This document shows, piece by piece, positions 19,574-28,493 of a DNA stretch of 64,000 nt (position 1 is its first letter; every line of letters begins with the position of its first letter). The stretch spans positions 1,280,001 through 1,344,000 of the forward strand of contig CAXXLL010000003.1 of assembly GCA_963662545.2 (NCBI GenBank). The letters are read 5' to 3'. This DNA is from Gammaproteobacteria bacterium. Its GTDB lineage: Bacteria; Pseudomonadota; Gammaproteobacteria; Ga0077536. Made by a program: the position numbers and the translations under genes. Below the pieces are notes generated by a model. The model saw nothing but the letters and a program-made list of their open reading frames with translations. It did no database searches and was not told the origin of the DNA.

Positions 19574-20809
19574 TCAGTATTTCGGCGCCGCTTCTTCATA
19601 CGACAGGCCCACCGACGCAGCCTGGCGCTTCACCGTGCGGTAGAGCTTGTCGTCCAGGGAATCCTTGGCGCCGCCGTCGGCTTCGATCTTCTCGGTGATG
19701 TAGCTGCCGCGTTTTTCGGCGAGTTCCTTGATCTGGCCCTCGAGTTCGCCGCGCGCGGCGGCCTGCTTCATCACCACCGATTCGCGTTCCTCAGGCGCGA
19801 GGGCCTGCAACATCGCCGGCAGTTCTGAGACATCCATGTCGGCCATGTCCACGCGGCCCGCGACGACCGCGTCGACCAACTCGTTGTCACCGAGAAAATT
19901 GCGCTTGCCGCTCGCCGACGCGTTGAACGCGGCCCGGCGTGCGCGTGATTCGTCCGACGCTTTCGCATGCAGCTTGTCGGCTGCGGCTTTCTTCAAACGC
20001 TGCTTCGCTTTCTCCTCTTCGGTACCGAAGTAGAGGCGCGTATCGTCCAGCGCCGCGGACAGTTTCGCGATGTCGGCGTCGAAGGGCGTCGCGACCGCGA
20101 CTGCATTACCGTCCTGCGCGACGTTGAAGAAATCACCCTGGCTCAAAGCCGCGATGTGCCGCCACTGCCGCATGGTTGCGGGATTCTGTCCGGCTTGAAT
20201 GGCGTTGACGACGATACCGCGGGCCCTGGCGGCCTTGATCGTTTCCGGGTATTGCACCTCGTCGCGGTAATCCATGTGCGGCGGCGCGTCGCCGACCAGG
20301 AACACGACTTTGTAGGCATTTTGATCCTGGCTCCACGAAATGTCGTGGACCGCGTCGTATAGCGCCTTGTTCACGCTCTCCGGACCGTCGCCGCCACCGT
20401 CCGCGTGAAAATCCATCAACCGTGCATACATCGAATCGAGATCGTCTGAGAGATCGACGACCTGCGTGACGTAGGCATCGCCGCGATCGCGGTAGGCGAC
20501 GAGGCCTATCCTGATCGCGGGCGCCTGCTCGGCCTGCGCCATGGTCGTCGCGATCGACCAGATCTTCTCCTTGGCCGCCTCGATCAGGCCGCTCATGCTG
20601 CCGGTGGTGTCGAGTACGAAAACCACTTCGATCTTCGGGCGTTCGTTCATAGCAGGATCGATGACCGGCAGGAAGTTTGTGCCTGGATCGCCGATCGTGG
20701 CGACGATGGGATCGACCCCCGTCGCGGGATCCGATTGCAGCGCCGGGTAAAAGGCGATGACGGATGCGGTTGCCGCAAAAAGGGCAACGCCGATGAGTTT
20801 CGTTTTCAT
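19574..20809 (-). CDS. Exported/anchored von Willebrand factor A domain protein
   Basis: N-terminal hydrophobic signal, MIDAS motif VFVLDTTGSMS, GLVAYRD, GGGDGPE, FLVGDAPPH. Confidence 0.9.
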   Translation of the reverse strand: MKTKLIGVALFAATASVIAFYPALQSDPATGVDPIVATIGDPGTNFLPVIDPAMNERPKIEVVFVLDTTGSMSGLIEAAKEKIWSIATTMAQAEQAPAIRIGLVAYRDRGDAYVTQVVDLSDDLDSMYARLMDFHADGGGDGPESVNKALYDAVHDISWSQDQNAYKVVFLVGDAPPHMDYRDEVQYPETIKAARARGIVVNAIQAGQNPATMRQWRHIAALSQGDFFNVAQDGNAVAVATPFDADIAKLSAALDDTRLYFGTEEEKAKQRLKKAAADKLHAKASDESRARRAAFNASASGKRNFLGDNELVDAVVAGRVDMADMDVSELPAMLQALAPEERESVVMKQAAARGELEGQIKELAEKRGSYITEKIEADGGAKDSLDDKLYRTVKRQAASVGLSYEEAAPKY

Positions 20810-20835
20810 ATCGATATCCTCTCCAGAAATTTGGG

Positions 20836-21399
20836 TTAACTGACAGTGTGTATGCGCCGCACAGCCGCTTCGGCGGTGCGCAAGGCGCGATCAAAGCCCT
20901 CGTCGAGAGATGTGGCCCGCTCGACTCGGTTTGATCGAATGACCTCGGGTATGAGGACGAACAGGGCCTGCAACAGGAATAGGATCCAGATGCTGAGCAG
21001 CACGCTGTGCGTATGGCGGGCCGTGGCGACGGCCGCGACTACGCTCAAGGCGCATAACGCCAGGTCCAGCAGGGCTGGCAACACGCTCGAATGGAAATAA
21101 AGCGAGCGGATCAGCCAGACCGTCGCGACGTGTGCGATGAGGAACGGCATGATGCCCGGCGCCAACAGCCAGGTGAGCACCGCCCCGGCCAACCACAGCA
21201 CGGGGACGGTTACCCTGCCCGTGCGCTCCTCACTGCGGGCGAGCAGATAGATCACGTACAGCCCGGCAAAGCCCGTGATCAGCGCTTTCAGAATGAAGCT
21301 CGATGCGTAGACCAGGGTCAGGGTGCTAAAAACGGCCGCACCGGTCACGGCAAAGCCGAGCGCGATCACGATGCCTTGAAGAAATGTCGGGCGTTTCAT
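20836..21399 (-). CDS. Polytopic membrane protein of unknown function
   Basis: About 6 hydrophobic segments. ATGA overlap with the PspA-like gene. Confidence 0.8.
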   Translation of the reverse strand: MKRPTFLQGIVIALGFAVTGAAVFSTLTLVYASSFILKALITGFAGLYVIYLLARSEERTGRVTVPVLWLAGAVLTWLLAPGIMPFLIAHVATVWLIRSLYFHSSVLPALLDLALCALSVVAAVATARHTHSVLLSIWILFLLQALFVLIPEVIRSNRVERATSLDEGFDRALRTAEAAVRRIHTVS

Positions 21400-21929
21400 G
21401 TGAGTGCCCTCCGCTGCTTTTCCTTGAGGTAGGCGATTTCGATCTCGTCTTCGCCGACGCTGATGTCGTAGGTCTGGCCTTCCGTGGCGGGTACTGCCTG
21501 CCCTTCGTCGACGAGGATGTCGAGTTTCTGGCGCATGCTCGCAAGGTGCCGCTGATTTTCACCGACGCTCGCCTCGAGCGTGTCGTACGCCTTCTGTGTC
21601 GCTTCGCGTTTTACGGCCGCCGTCTTGGCGCGACGTTCGGCCTCGAGTTTGCGCCGGATCAGACTACGAGCGAGTCCGTCCTCATCGGATTCGAAGCAGA
21701 CGTCGAGTTCTTCGTCGAGGGTTGCCAGAAGTTCCTCATCCGTGCGTTGTTGAACATCCAGTTTTTCCAGATCCTGGAGCAGGAATTTCGATCGCGCCTG
21801 CATTTTGGCGAGTTCGTCCTCCATTTCCCGGACGGCTTGTTTGAGCAGCACGTCGGGTTCCTCGATGCGATCGAGAACCGCGTGGAGATCTGCGGTAAAC
21901 AGTCGTGAGAAGCGATTGAGCAAAGCCAT
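21396..21929 (-). CDS. PspA/IM30 (ESCRT-III-like) family protein, short form
   Basis: MALLNRFSRLFTADLHAVLDRIEEPDVLLKQAVREMEDEL followed by coiled coil. ATG at 21929 with a GGAG RBS. Confidence 0.88.
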   Translation of the reverse strand: MALLNRFSRLFTADLHAVLDRIEEPDVLLKQAVREMEDELAKMQARSKFLLQDLEKLDVQQRTDEELLATLDEELDVCFESDEDGLARSLIRRKLEAERRAKTAAVKREATQKAYDTLEASVGENQRHLASMRQKLDILVDEGQAVPATEGQTYDISVGEDEIEIAYLKEKQRRALT

Positions 21930-22108
21930 TTTGTGTACTCCTGAAATCGACCTCGTATTGAGTACGCAAAGTCTGGTTCGTTGCCGACTCGCGCGGTAGG
22001 CACAGTTTGGTAAAACTTCGCCCGCCGTGTTTACAAAACTTTTACATGCGCCCAATCGCCTGGACTGATAGCCTTCTAGTCCCAATTCGAAGGACCGCGA
22101 AAACGGAC

Positions 22109-22810
22109 ATGCCCCGCAAACGCCGCCTGCTCGTCGTTGAAGACGAAGAAGCCATCCGCACCGGCCTGGTGGACGTCTTCATATTTCACGGTTACGAGGT
22201 TGAAAGCGCGGTGGATGGACGTAAGGGCCTCGAGAAGGCGCTCACGGGAAAATTCGACTTGGTCATCCTGGACGTGATGTTGCCGTCTATGAACGGCTTC
22301 GATATCTGCAACGAAATCAGGCAGGTCGACCGCGAGCAATTGATCATTATGCTGACCGCCAAGGTCAGTGACGAAGACATCGTCAACGGCTTGAAGCTCG
22401 GCGCCGACGACTACATCGGCAAACCGTTCGGTGTGCAGGAACTCGTGTTGCGCGTGGAAGCCGTATTGCGACGCGCCAAGGGTTCGGCGAACGCAGATGC
22501 CGTAATCAGACTCGACGGTGGATTGGAAATCGATACGCGCAACTTGAACGGCCGGTGCGGCGCCAAGGACATCGCATTCACCCGACGCGAGATCGAAATC
22601 CTCCAATACCTTGCCGCACATTCCGATCGCCCCGTCTCACGCAGCGAACTGCTCTCGGAAGTTTGGGGTTACGCCAGAAATCTCGATATCGAAACGCGAA
22701 CGGTCGACATTCACATCGCCAAGCTCAGGCGCAAGATCGAAACCGACGCGAAAGCGCCGCGCCGCCTGATCACCGTGCGCGGCGCTGGATACAGACTGGT
22801 CAGCGGCTGA
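22109..22810 (+). CDS. OmpR-family response regulator
   Basis: LLVVEDE, ILDVMLP, MLTAK, GADDYIGKPF, RTVDIHIAKLRRKIE, TVRGAGY. Confidence 0.96.
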   Translation: MPRKRRLLVVEDEEAIRTGLVDVFIFHGYEVESAVDGRKGLEKALTGKFDLVILDVMLPSMNGFDICNEIRQVDREQLIIMLTAKVSDEDIVNGLKLGADDYIGKPFGVQELVLRVEAVLRRAKGSANADAVIRLDGGLEIDTRNLNGRCGAKDIAFTRREIEILQYLAAHSDRPVSRSELLSEVWGYARNLDIETRTVDIHIAKLRRKIETDAKAPRRLITVRGAGYRLVSG

Positions 22811-22814
22811 ACCG

Positions 22815-24926
22815 ATGTCTGCTGTGCTTCGCAGAGGCCTGACCGAGAAGCAGCTCAAATATCGGCTGCTCCTGTTCTTCCTGGCGCTGGCACTACCTGC
22901 AATGCTGCTCATTTACCGTGCTTACGGCCAGGTAAAATGGGAAGTATTTCACCAGTACCGCGTGCTGGCCGAAGTCCTATCGGCACGCATCGACGCTGAG
23001 CTGATCCGGCTCATCGATACCGAGGAAGCACGTTCGTTTACCGATTACGGCTTTCTGATCGTTAGCGGACGGCCTGGTTCGAACTATCTCGAGCGATCGC
23101 CGCTGTCGGGCTTTCCAGCCGACAGCAAAATTCCGGGTCTGGTGGGTTACTTCCAGGTCGACAGCGAGGGGGCTTTCGGTTCGCCCGTCCTACCCCGGCG
23201 CGATACAGCGCACGGCAATTACGGAGTTTCGAATGCTGAGCTCCGAGCGCGACAGGCCTTGAGCAACGAAATTCAAGCCATTCTGTCCCGCCCCGTCACC
23301 CGGCAGATCGAGCAGCGCGCCGACAAGGACGAGGCAGAGACCGTCTCCGAAGCGACTGCCGAAGCCCCCGCCTTATTCGCCGCGGCACCCAAGGCCAATG
23401 TCCTGGAAGCGACCGAACCAGCCAACGTCTTCGATCGACTGTCCCAGGCGGTAGAGGGTCCCTCGGAGCGCCAGGTCCTCAGCAAATACGGACGCGTCGC
23501 CGATCTAAAGCTCGACTCACGGCTCGAGAAGAAGAGCCGTGAACAAGCGAAGCGGGAATATCGCCCGTCGCTCTCACTATCGGCAGGTGGGAAACGCGCA
23601 AGCCGCAAGGAGCAGGTTGCCGTATACGAAGCGCCGCCGGCCGACGAAGAAATGCTGTTCGCGGATGATGCGCTGGATTCAAGAGCCGCGACGCCGGAGG
23701 GGACATCGGTCAGTGAAATCGCCGCGGCGCGGGTCGTCGACTCTCCGGGGACCCGCGTGCGCTTGTTTGAAAGCGAGATCGATCCCATGAGCTTTGAGGT
23801 CCTCGACGAAACATACTTCGTCCTGTACCGCAATGTCTGGCGCGAAGGTGAACGGATTATCCAGGGCGCTGTTATCCGGCGCGCGCCGTTTATCCGGGAG
23901 ATGATCGAAGCCGCGTACGAAAACGCCGCTGTATCCGCCATGAGCAATCTAGTGACGGCGTACCAGGGCGAAGTCTTGGCCGCTTTCGCGCGGCACGCAC
24001 GGGAATATCTTCCACGCAACGGCGAGCTGGCCGCTGAACTCCTTTACCGCGTCCGGTTGTCCTCCCCCTTGAGCGATCTCGAATTGATCTACAGCGTGAC
24101 CGAGCTACCGCTTGGTCCGAGCATACGCTTCCTCGCGTGGATGGGCCTGGCGCTGCTCGTGGTACTGACGGGCGGTTGCTACGCCATGTATCGGTTCGGC
24201 GTCGGACAGATGGCGCTCTACCGCCAACAGCAGGATTTCGTGTCGGCGGTAAGCCACGAGCTCAAGACGCCGCTCACCTCCATCCGCATGTACAGCGAAA
24301 TGTTGAAAAAAGGGTGGGCCGACGAAGATAAAAAAGCCGGCTATTACGCGTTCATTCACGATGAAAGCGAGCGCTTGTCGCGATTGATCGGGAACGTGCT
24401 GCAACTCGCGCGCATGACGCGCGGTAAAGTCGGTATCGATCTCAGGGAAATCGGCGTGGACGCGCTGCTCGATACGGTCGATCCGAAACTCGCGAGCCAG
24501 GTCCAAAGTGGCGGTTTCGAGTTACAGAGAAACTATGCTGAAAACGCGCTCGAAGCGAGCGTGACCCTCGACGGCGATGCCTTCACTCAGATCCTCATCA
24601 ATCTCGTCGACAACGCGATCAAGTTCTCCTCCGGTAACGGGCAAAAGCTGATCGACTTCGCTTGCATCCGGCAAAGCGACGATCGGATTCGCTTTACGGT
24701 GCGCGATTACGGCCCCGGCATAGAGCGGGACCAGATGCGAAAGATCTTCGAGCTGTTTTATCGTTCCGAGAACGAGCTGACGCGGGAGACGGTCGGAACA
24801 GGCATCGGTCTCGCGCTCGTGCACCAACTCACCTTGGCCATGAACGGCCGGGTGGATGTTATCAACCGGGATCCGGGTGCGGAGTTCAGCCTGACCTTCC
24901 CCATCGCGATTGCCGGCAGCGAATAG
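22815..24926 (+). CDS. Sensor histidine kinase with a large periplasmic domain
   Basis: Two TM segments, H-box VSHELKTPLTSI, NLVDNAIKF, DYGPGI, GTGIGLA. Confidence 0.96.
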   Translation: MSAVLRRGLTEKQLKYRLLLFFLALALPAMLLIYRAYGQVKWEVFHQYRVLAEVLSARIDAELIRLIDTEEARSFTDYGFLIVSGRPGSNYLERSPLSGFPADSKIPGLVGYFQVDSEGAFGSPVLPRRDTAHGNYGVSNAELRARQALSNEIQAILSRPVTRQIEQRADKDEAETVSEATAEAPALFAAAPKANVLEATEPANVFDRLSQAVEGPSERQVLSKYGRVADLKLDSRLEKKSREQAKREYRPSLSLSAGGKRASRKEQVAVYEAPPADEEMLFADDALDSRAATPEGTSVSEIAAARVVDSPGTRVRLFESEIDPMSFEVLDETYFVLYRNVWREGERIIQGAVIRRAPFIREMIEAAYENAAVSAMSNLVTAYQGEVLAAFARHAREYLPRNGELAAELLYRVRLSSPLSDLELIYSVTELPLGPSIRFLAWMGLALLVVLTGGCYAMYRFGVGQMALYRQQQDFVSAVSHELKTPLTSIRMYSEMLKKGWADEDKKAGYYAFIHDESERLSRLIGNVLQLARMTRGKVGIDLREIGVDALLDTVDPKLASQVQSGGFELQRNYAENALEASVTLDGDAFTQILINLVDNAIKFSSGNGQKLIDFACIRQSDDRIRFTVRDYGPGIERDQMRKIFELFYRSENELTRETVGTGIGLALVHQLTLAMNGRVDVINRDPGAEFSLTFPIAIAGSE

Positions 24927-25162
24927 CGGCGTGGAATCGAGCGTCCCACTCCCACTACGCGTGGAGGATGCCGCATTCCCGACGGGAACCGCATCCGTCG
25001 CGAAAGGGGGCGCCATGACATCGCGAGCCTTGCTTGCCGCGTTTCACATTTGAAGCCAGCCTAGCCATCATTGGTCGAGCGCTCGCTGGAAAAAAACTGT
25101 GTTAAACGGCCTTCCCCTCATTCTGGCTCACAAGCATGCGTCCGAATCGACAATCTATTCAT

Positions 25163-25984
25163 TCACTTGAGGCGCGTTTTCAGATCGGCCAAGCGTTCGG
25201 CCAGGCGATCGAACTCGCTTTCGCTGTGGTAACGCGATGCCTGGATGTACTGCGTCATGCCGAGTTCCGCACAGGCCGACAGCCGGTCTTCGGCCTCGGA
25301 CTGGTCTTCCGGAAGACCGCCGAGGACCACGATTTCAGGGCATTTTTTGCCCGCGGCGGCGGCCAGTTCCGACAAGGCTTGCGCCTTGGGGCGCAGCGCG
25401 TCCGCATCGAGGCCCATCGGCATCCAGCCGTCGCCCATCTGGACCGCCCGCCTGAGCGCCGGCGGATTCATGCCGCCGACGTAGATCGGGGGGCGCACCG
25501 GACGCGGACGAAACAGGAAAGGCTGGCCGTTCGACTCCACGATATCGTCGCCGGCATCGAAACAACGACGAATGAACGCGATGGTTTCGTCGGTGATGGC
25601 GCCGCGCCTGCTCCGGTCGACGCCGAGGGCCTTGAACTCGGGCTTCATCCAGCCGCAACCGACGCCAAAATGAAAACGTCCGCCCGAGAGTTCCTGGATC
25701 GTCGCCACCCACTTTGCCGTCTGCAGCGCAGGACGGTAAGGCAGCACCAATACCGACACACCGAGATCGATCGTCCGTGTGGCCGCCGCGAGAAAAGCGA
25801 GCGTGGCGAGCGGGTCGAGATAGCGGCCATCGGATCCTTCGGCATCATCCGGCGGAATCGCGATATGGTCGACCGTCCAGATGTGATCAAGGCTCAACTC
25901 CTCGGCGTAGCGAGCGCAATGTAGTAGACATTCGGCGTTCGCCTCGGGTCCCATGTTTCGCAGCATCGTGCCGATTTTCATCAT
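25163..25984 (-). CDS. LLM-class, probably F420-dependent oxidoreductase (Rv2161c-like)
   Basis: DHIWTVDHIAIP, LDPLATLAFLAAAT, SGGRFHFGVGCGW..EF.ALG, ALRRAVQMGDGW. Confidence 0.88.
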   Translation of the reverse strand: MMKIGTMLRNMGPEANAECLLHCARYAEELSLDHIWTVDHIAIPPDDAEGSDGRYLDPLATLAFLAAATRTIDLGVSVLVLPYRPALQTAKWVATIQELSGGRFHFGVGCGWMKPEFKALGVDRSRRGAITDETIAFIRRCFDAGDDIVESNGQPFLFRPRPVRPPIYVGGMNPPALRRAVQMGDGWMPMGLDADALRPKAQALSELAAAAGKKCPEIVVLGGLPEDQSEAEDRLSACAELGMTQYIQASRYHSESEFDRLAERLADLKTRLK

Positions 25985-26166
25985 TCAATTACTAGCGTCG
26001 ACCCCTGAAACGCCCGCGCGGGTGGATTATACAAAGTTCATAGAGTAGCCGTTTGCAGCAGCGTAGCGGGTTCGCCATTTTGAGTCGATGATTTTGATGC
26101 GTGGGGAAATCCCTTTAACATCCGTGTCGAGGTGTCTATGCGTACGAATTACGAGACAGAATTCAA

Positions 26167-26190
26167 TTCGCCCGCAAGCGAAGAGCCTAT
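26167..26190 (-). repeat. Degenerate GTAG-type REP
   Basis: TTCGCCCGCAAGCG core shared with the other REP copies. Confidence 0.5.
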
Positions 26191-26244
26191 TGTGGATTTG
26201 TCCGTGTGATTACCGTTCAATACGATTCCATCATGGTGCGGCCG

Positions 26245-26742
26245 ATGAATCCCCTTCACTCGATCTACAAGCACTATGTAGTCTCGATCATTCTCACACT
26301 CGGATACTTTCTTACAGGCTGTGTCGGCAGCGACGACCCGCTGGAACGGTTTCGTGCCGGGGATTACGAAGCTTCTCTGAAACTGTTCGGCCCGCGCGCG
26401 GACGCCGGCGACCCGGCGGCCCGCAATTTCATCGGGATCCATTACTACCTCGGTTTGGGTGCGGATCGCGACCTCGCCGCCGCAGCCAAATGGTTCGAGC
26501 AGGCGGCATTAGCGCAGAACGCCGACGCGCAGCGCAACCTCGGCGTCATGTATCTGCGCGGATTTGGAGTCGCGCGGGATTACGGGCAGGCATATGGCTG
26601 GCTCTACCACGCTTATGTCGGTGGCAACCGGACGGCTGAACGGTATCTGGGCTTTACGGCCGACCTCATCACGCCGAACGCCAGCATGCAGGCACGCAAG
26701 CGGGTGGGCGCGCAGATCAAAGCGGCAGCCACCGCGCGTTGA
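26245..26742 (+). CDS. Sel1-repeat protein, probable lipoprotein
   Basis: Lipobox-like FLTG-C. Sel1 repeats ARNFIGIHYYLGLG and AQRNLGVMYLRGFGV. Start uncertain (26206-26245). Confidence 0.85.
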   Translation: MNPLHSIYKHYVVSIILTLGYFLTGCVGSDDPLERFRAGDYEASLKLFGPRADAGDPAARNFIGIHYYLGLGADRDLAAAAKWFEQAALAQNADAQRNLGVMYLRGFGVARDYGQAYGWLYHAYVGGNRTAERYLGFTADLITPNASMQARKRVGAQIKAAATAR

Positions 26743-26894
26743 GAGCTTACTCCCCGCCCTAGTGCCAGCTTGCGCTCAAGGCTTGCGATACTAGCCGCAA
26801 GCTTGTCTGGCGACGGTCGCGAACGATACGCGGTCGAAGCTACAGACGAATCCGGACGCCTTCCAGGAAGCTCAGGTCCGCGTACCCCGCCGCC

Positions 26895-27353
26895 TCAGCC
26901 GATCCGCTCCAGCACAATGACGGGGATCTCACGGTCGCCGGCCTTGACCTGGTAGTCGGCATAGGGCGGGTACATGTCGGTCATCTGTTTCCAGATCGCC
27001 GCGCGCTCCTCGCTTTCCGCAGTGCGCACGTTCGCTTGAAAAATATCATTGGCAACCTGCACGGTGACTTCACCCTGCGCCTTCATGTTGTGGTACCAGC
27101 CGGGGTGCTTGGGCGCGCCGCCCTTGGAAGCGATGACCGCATAGCCACCGTCGACCTTGCCGTAGAGCAGCGGCATGATGCTTTCGGTGCCGGATTTCCG
27201 GCCGGTTGTCGTCAATAGCAGGGTGGGCAGCAGTCCGGGGCCGCCGGCGGCACTCGAATCCCACATATGGCCCGCTTCGCCGTCTTCCTGGTATTGCTTG
27301 CGGTGTTTCGCGATCCAACCGGTGGTGCTCATTTCAATGATGGGGTCGGTCAT
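26895..27353 (-). CDS. Deazaflavin (F420H2)-dependent nitroreductase family protein (Ddn/FDOR-A)
   Basis: LLLTTTGRKSG, IASKGGAPKHPGWYHN, YPPYADYQ...REIPV. Confidence 0.93.
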   Translation of the reverse strand: MTDPIIEMSTTGWIAKHRKQYQEDGEAGHMWDSSAAGGPGLLPTLLLTTTGRKSGTESIMPLLYGKVDGGYAVIASKGGAPKHPGWYHNMKAQGEVTVQVANDIFQANVRTAESEERAAIWKQMTDMYPPYADYQVKAGDREIPVIVLERIG

Positions 27354-27462
27354 GTCTTCATCCTCCGAATTGTGGTTATGGGCGCATCGTACCGGATTCA
27401 ATGTCAGACTACTCCATCACAATGTGATATCAGATCCGACCGACGAAAAGGAGAAACCAGCC

Positions 27463-27783
27463 ATGCTCATGCTTTTCATAACTGACGTAGTCAAGCCCGA
27501 CGGGATGTCCAACGATGAATTTATCAAAATCTGGAACGATGAAGCGATCGCCGCGACGGCGGCGCTCAAGGAGGGCGCCATCAAGCATTTGTGGAAAACC
27601 GCTGGACAGTACCAGGTGATCGGCGTGTTCGATCTGCCGGACGGAGATGCGATGGATGCCGCGCTACACGCACTCCCGATCTGGCAGCAAGGTCATCACG
27701 AAATGACGCAGAACACCCGCTGGATTCCGCTGCGTCCATACGAAAACTGGGCCGCGGACCTGAAGGAGATGAGTAATAAGTGA
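27463..27783 (+). CDS. Muconolactone delta-isomerase family protein (CatC-like)
   Basis: HLWKTAGQY..IGVFD...L..LPIW. ATG at 27463 with an AGGAG RBS. Confidence 0.75.
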   Translation: MLMLFITDVVKPDGMSNDEFIKIWNDEAIAATAALKEGAIKHLWKTAGQYQVIGVFDLPDGDAMDAALHALPIWQQGHHEMTQNTRWIPLRPYENWAADLKEMSNK

Positions 27784-27833
27784 TCCCGGGCTCGACGCAG
27801 GGGGCGGCGGTATTTCCGCTCCCTCTGGCCGGC

Positions 27834-28493
27834 TTATGAGTTGATCGGTTTGCAATCCAGCAGCACTTTCCTCACCTTGTCGATGACGTCGGCCTCGCGG
27901 ACACCGCCGCGCAGCGAATCGCTCATCTCCAATTGCACGCCGCGGCCCCTCGCGCCCCGGTTACAGATGTTCCGTGGGTGCGTCCCCGGGTAGTCGTGAC
28001 CATCGGTATAGACCGGAACACCCGCGTTCCGGATCGCCTCAGCCACGCGGTGCTTCAAATCTTCGTCAAGGCCGCCGAGATACGCACACTCCTGGCTGAG
28101 ATGGCAGCCGTGGACGGCCAGGACAGTCGTGCAATCCGCGATAAGGCTCAAGCATGCGGGTTCGTCGAATCGATGGCTGGCGACGTGCAGCGGTTCGAAG
28201 CTGCCGTTCGAATCGAGTCCCTCGAACAGGTAGAGATTGAATTCGTCGCCCGCGATCGCGCGCGCGATGTGCGAAGTCCGCCGCTCGATACTGCCGGCGT
28301 GCGGCGCGATGACGGCGACCCGGCTGGCCGGTCGGCGCGTGACGGTGATCCGGTAATCGCGATCTTCGGTCTGTCGCGCGGCGAGTTCTGCAAAGTTCTG
28401 GTATTGATTCAATGGCCCTGCTGCCTCGAGCGCTAAAAGAGCGTTCCGGACCAAGAGACGGGTTTCGCTGCGCCTCCTCGGCCTTTCGTTCAA
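27834..28493 (-). CDS. Poly-gamma-glutamate hydrolase family protein (DUF867/YjqB-like)
   Basis: IAPHAGSIE..TS, YLFEG, LHVASHRFDEP, HGC, P.NICNRG..G.GVQLEMS. Start uncertain. Confidence 0.85.
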   Translation of the reverse strand: MNERPRRRSETRLLVRNALLALEAAGPLNQYQNFAELAARQTEDRDYRITVTRRPASRVAVIAPHAGSIERRTSHIARAIAGDEFNLYLFEGLDSNGSFEPLHVASHRFDEPACLSLIADCTTVLAVHGCHLSQECAYLGGLDEDLKHRVAEAIRNAGVPVYTDGHDYPGTHPRNICNRGARGRGVQLEMSDSLRGGVREADVIDKVRKVLLDCKPINS

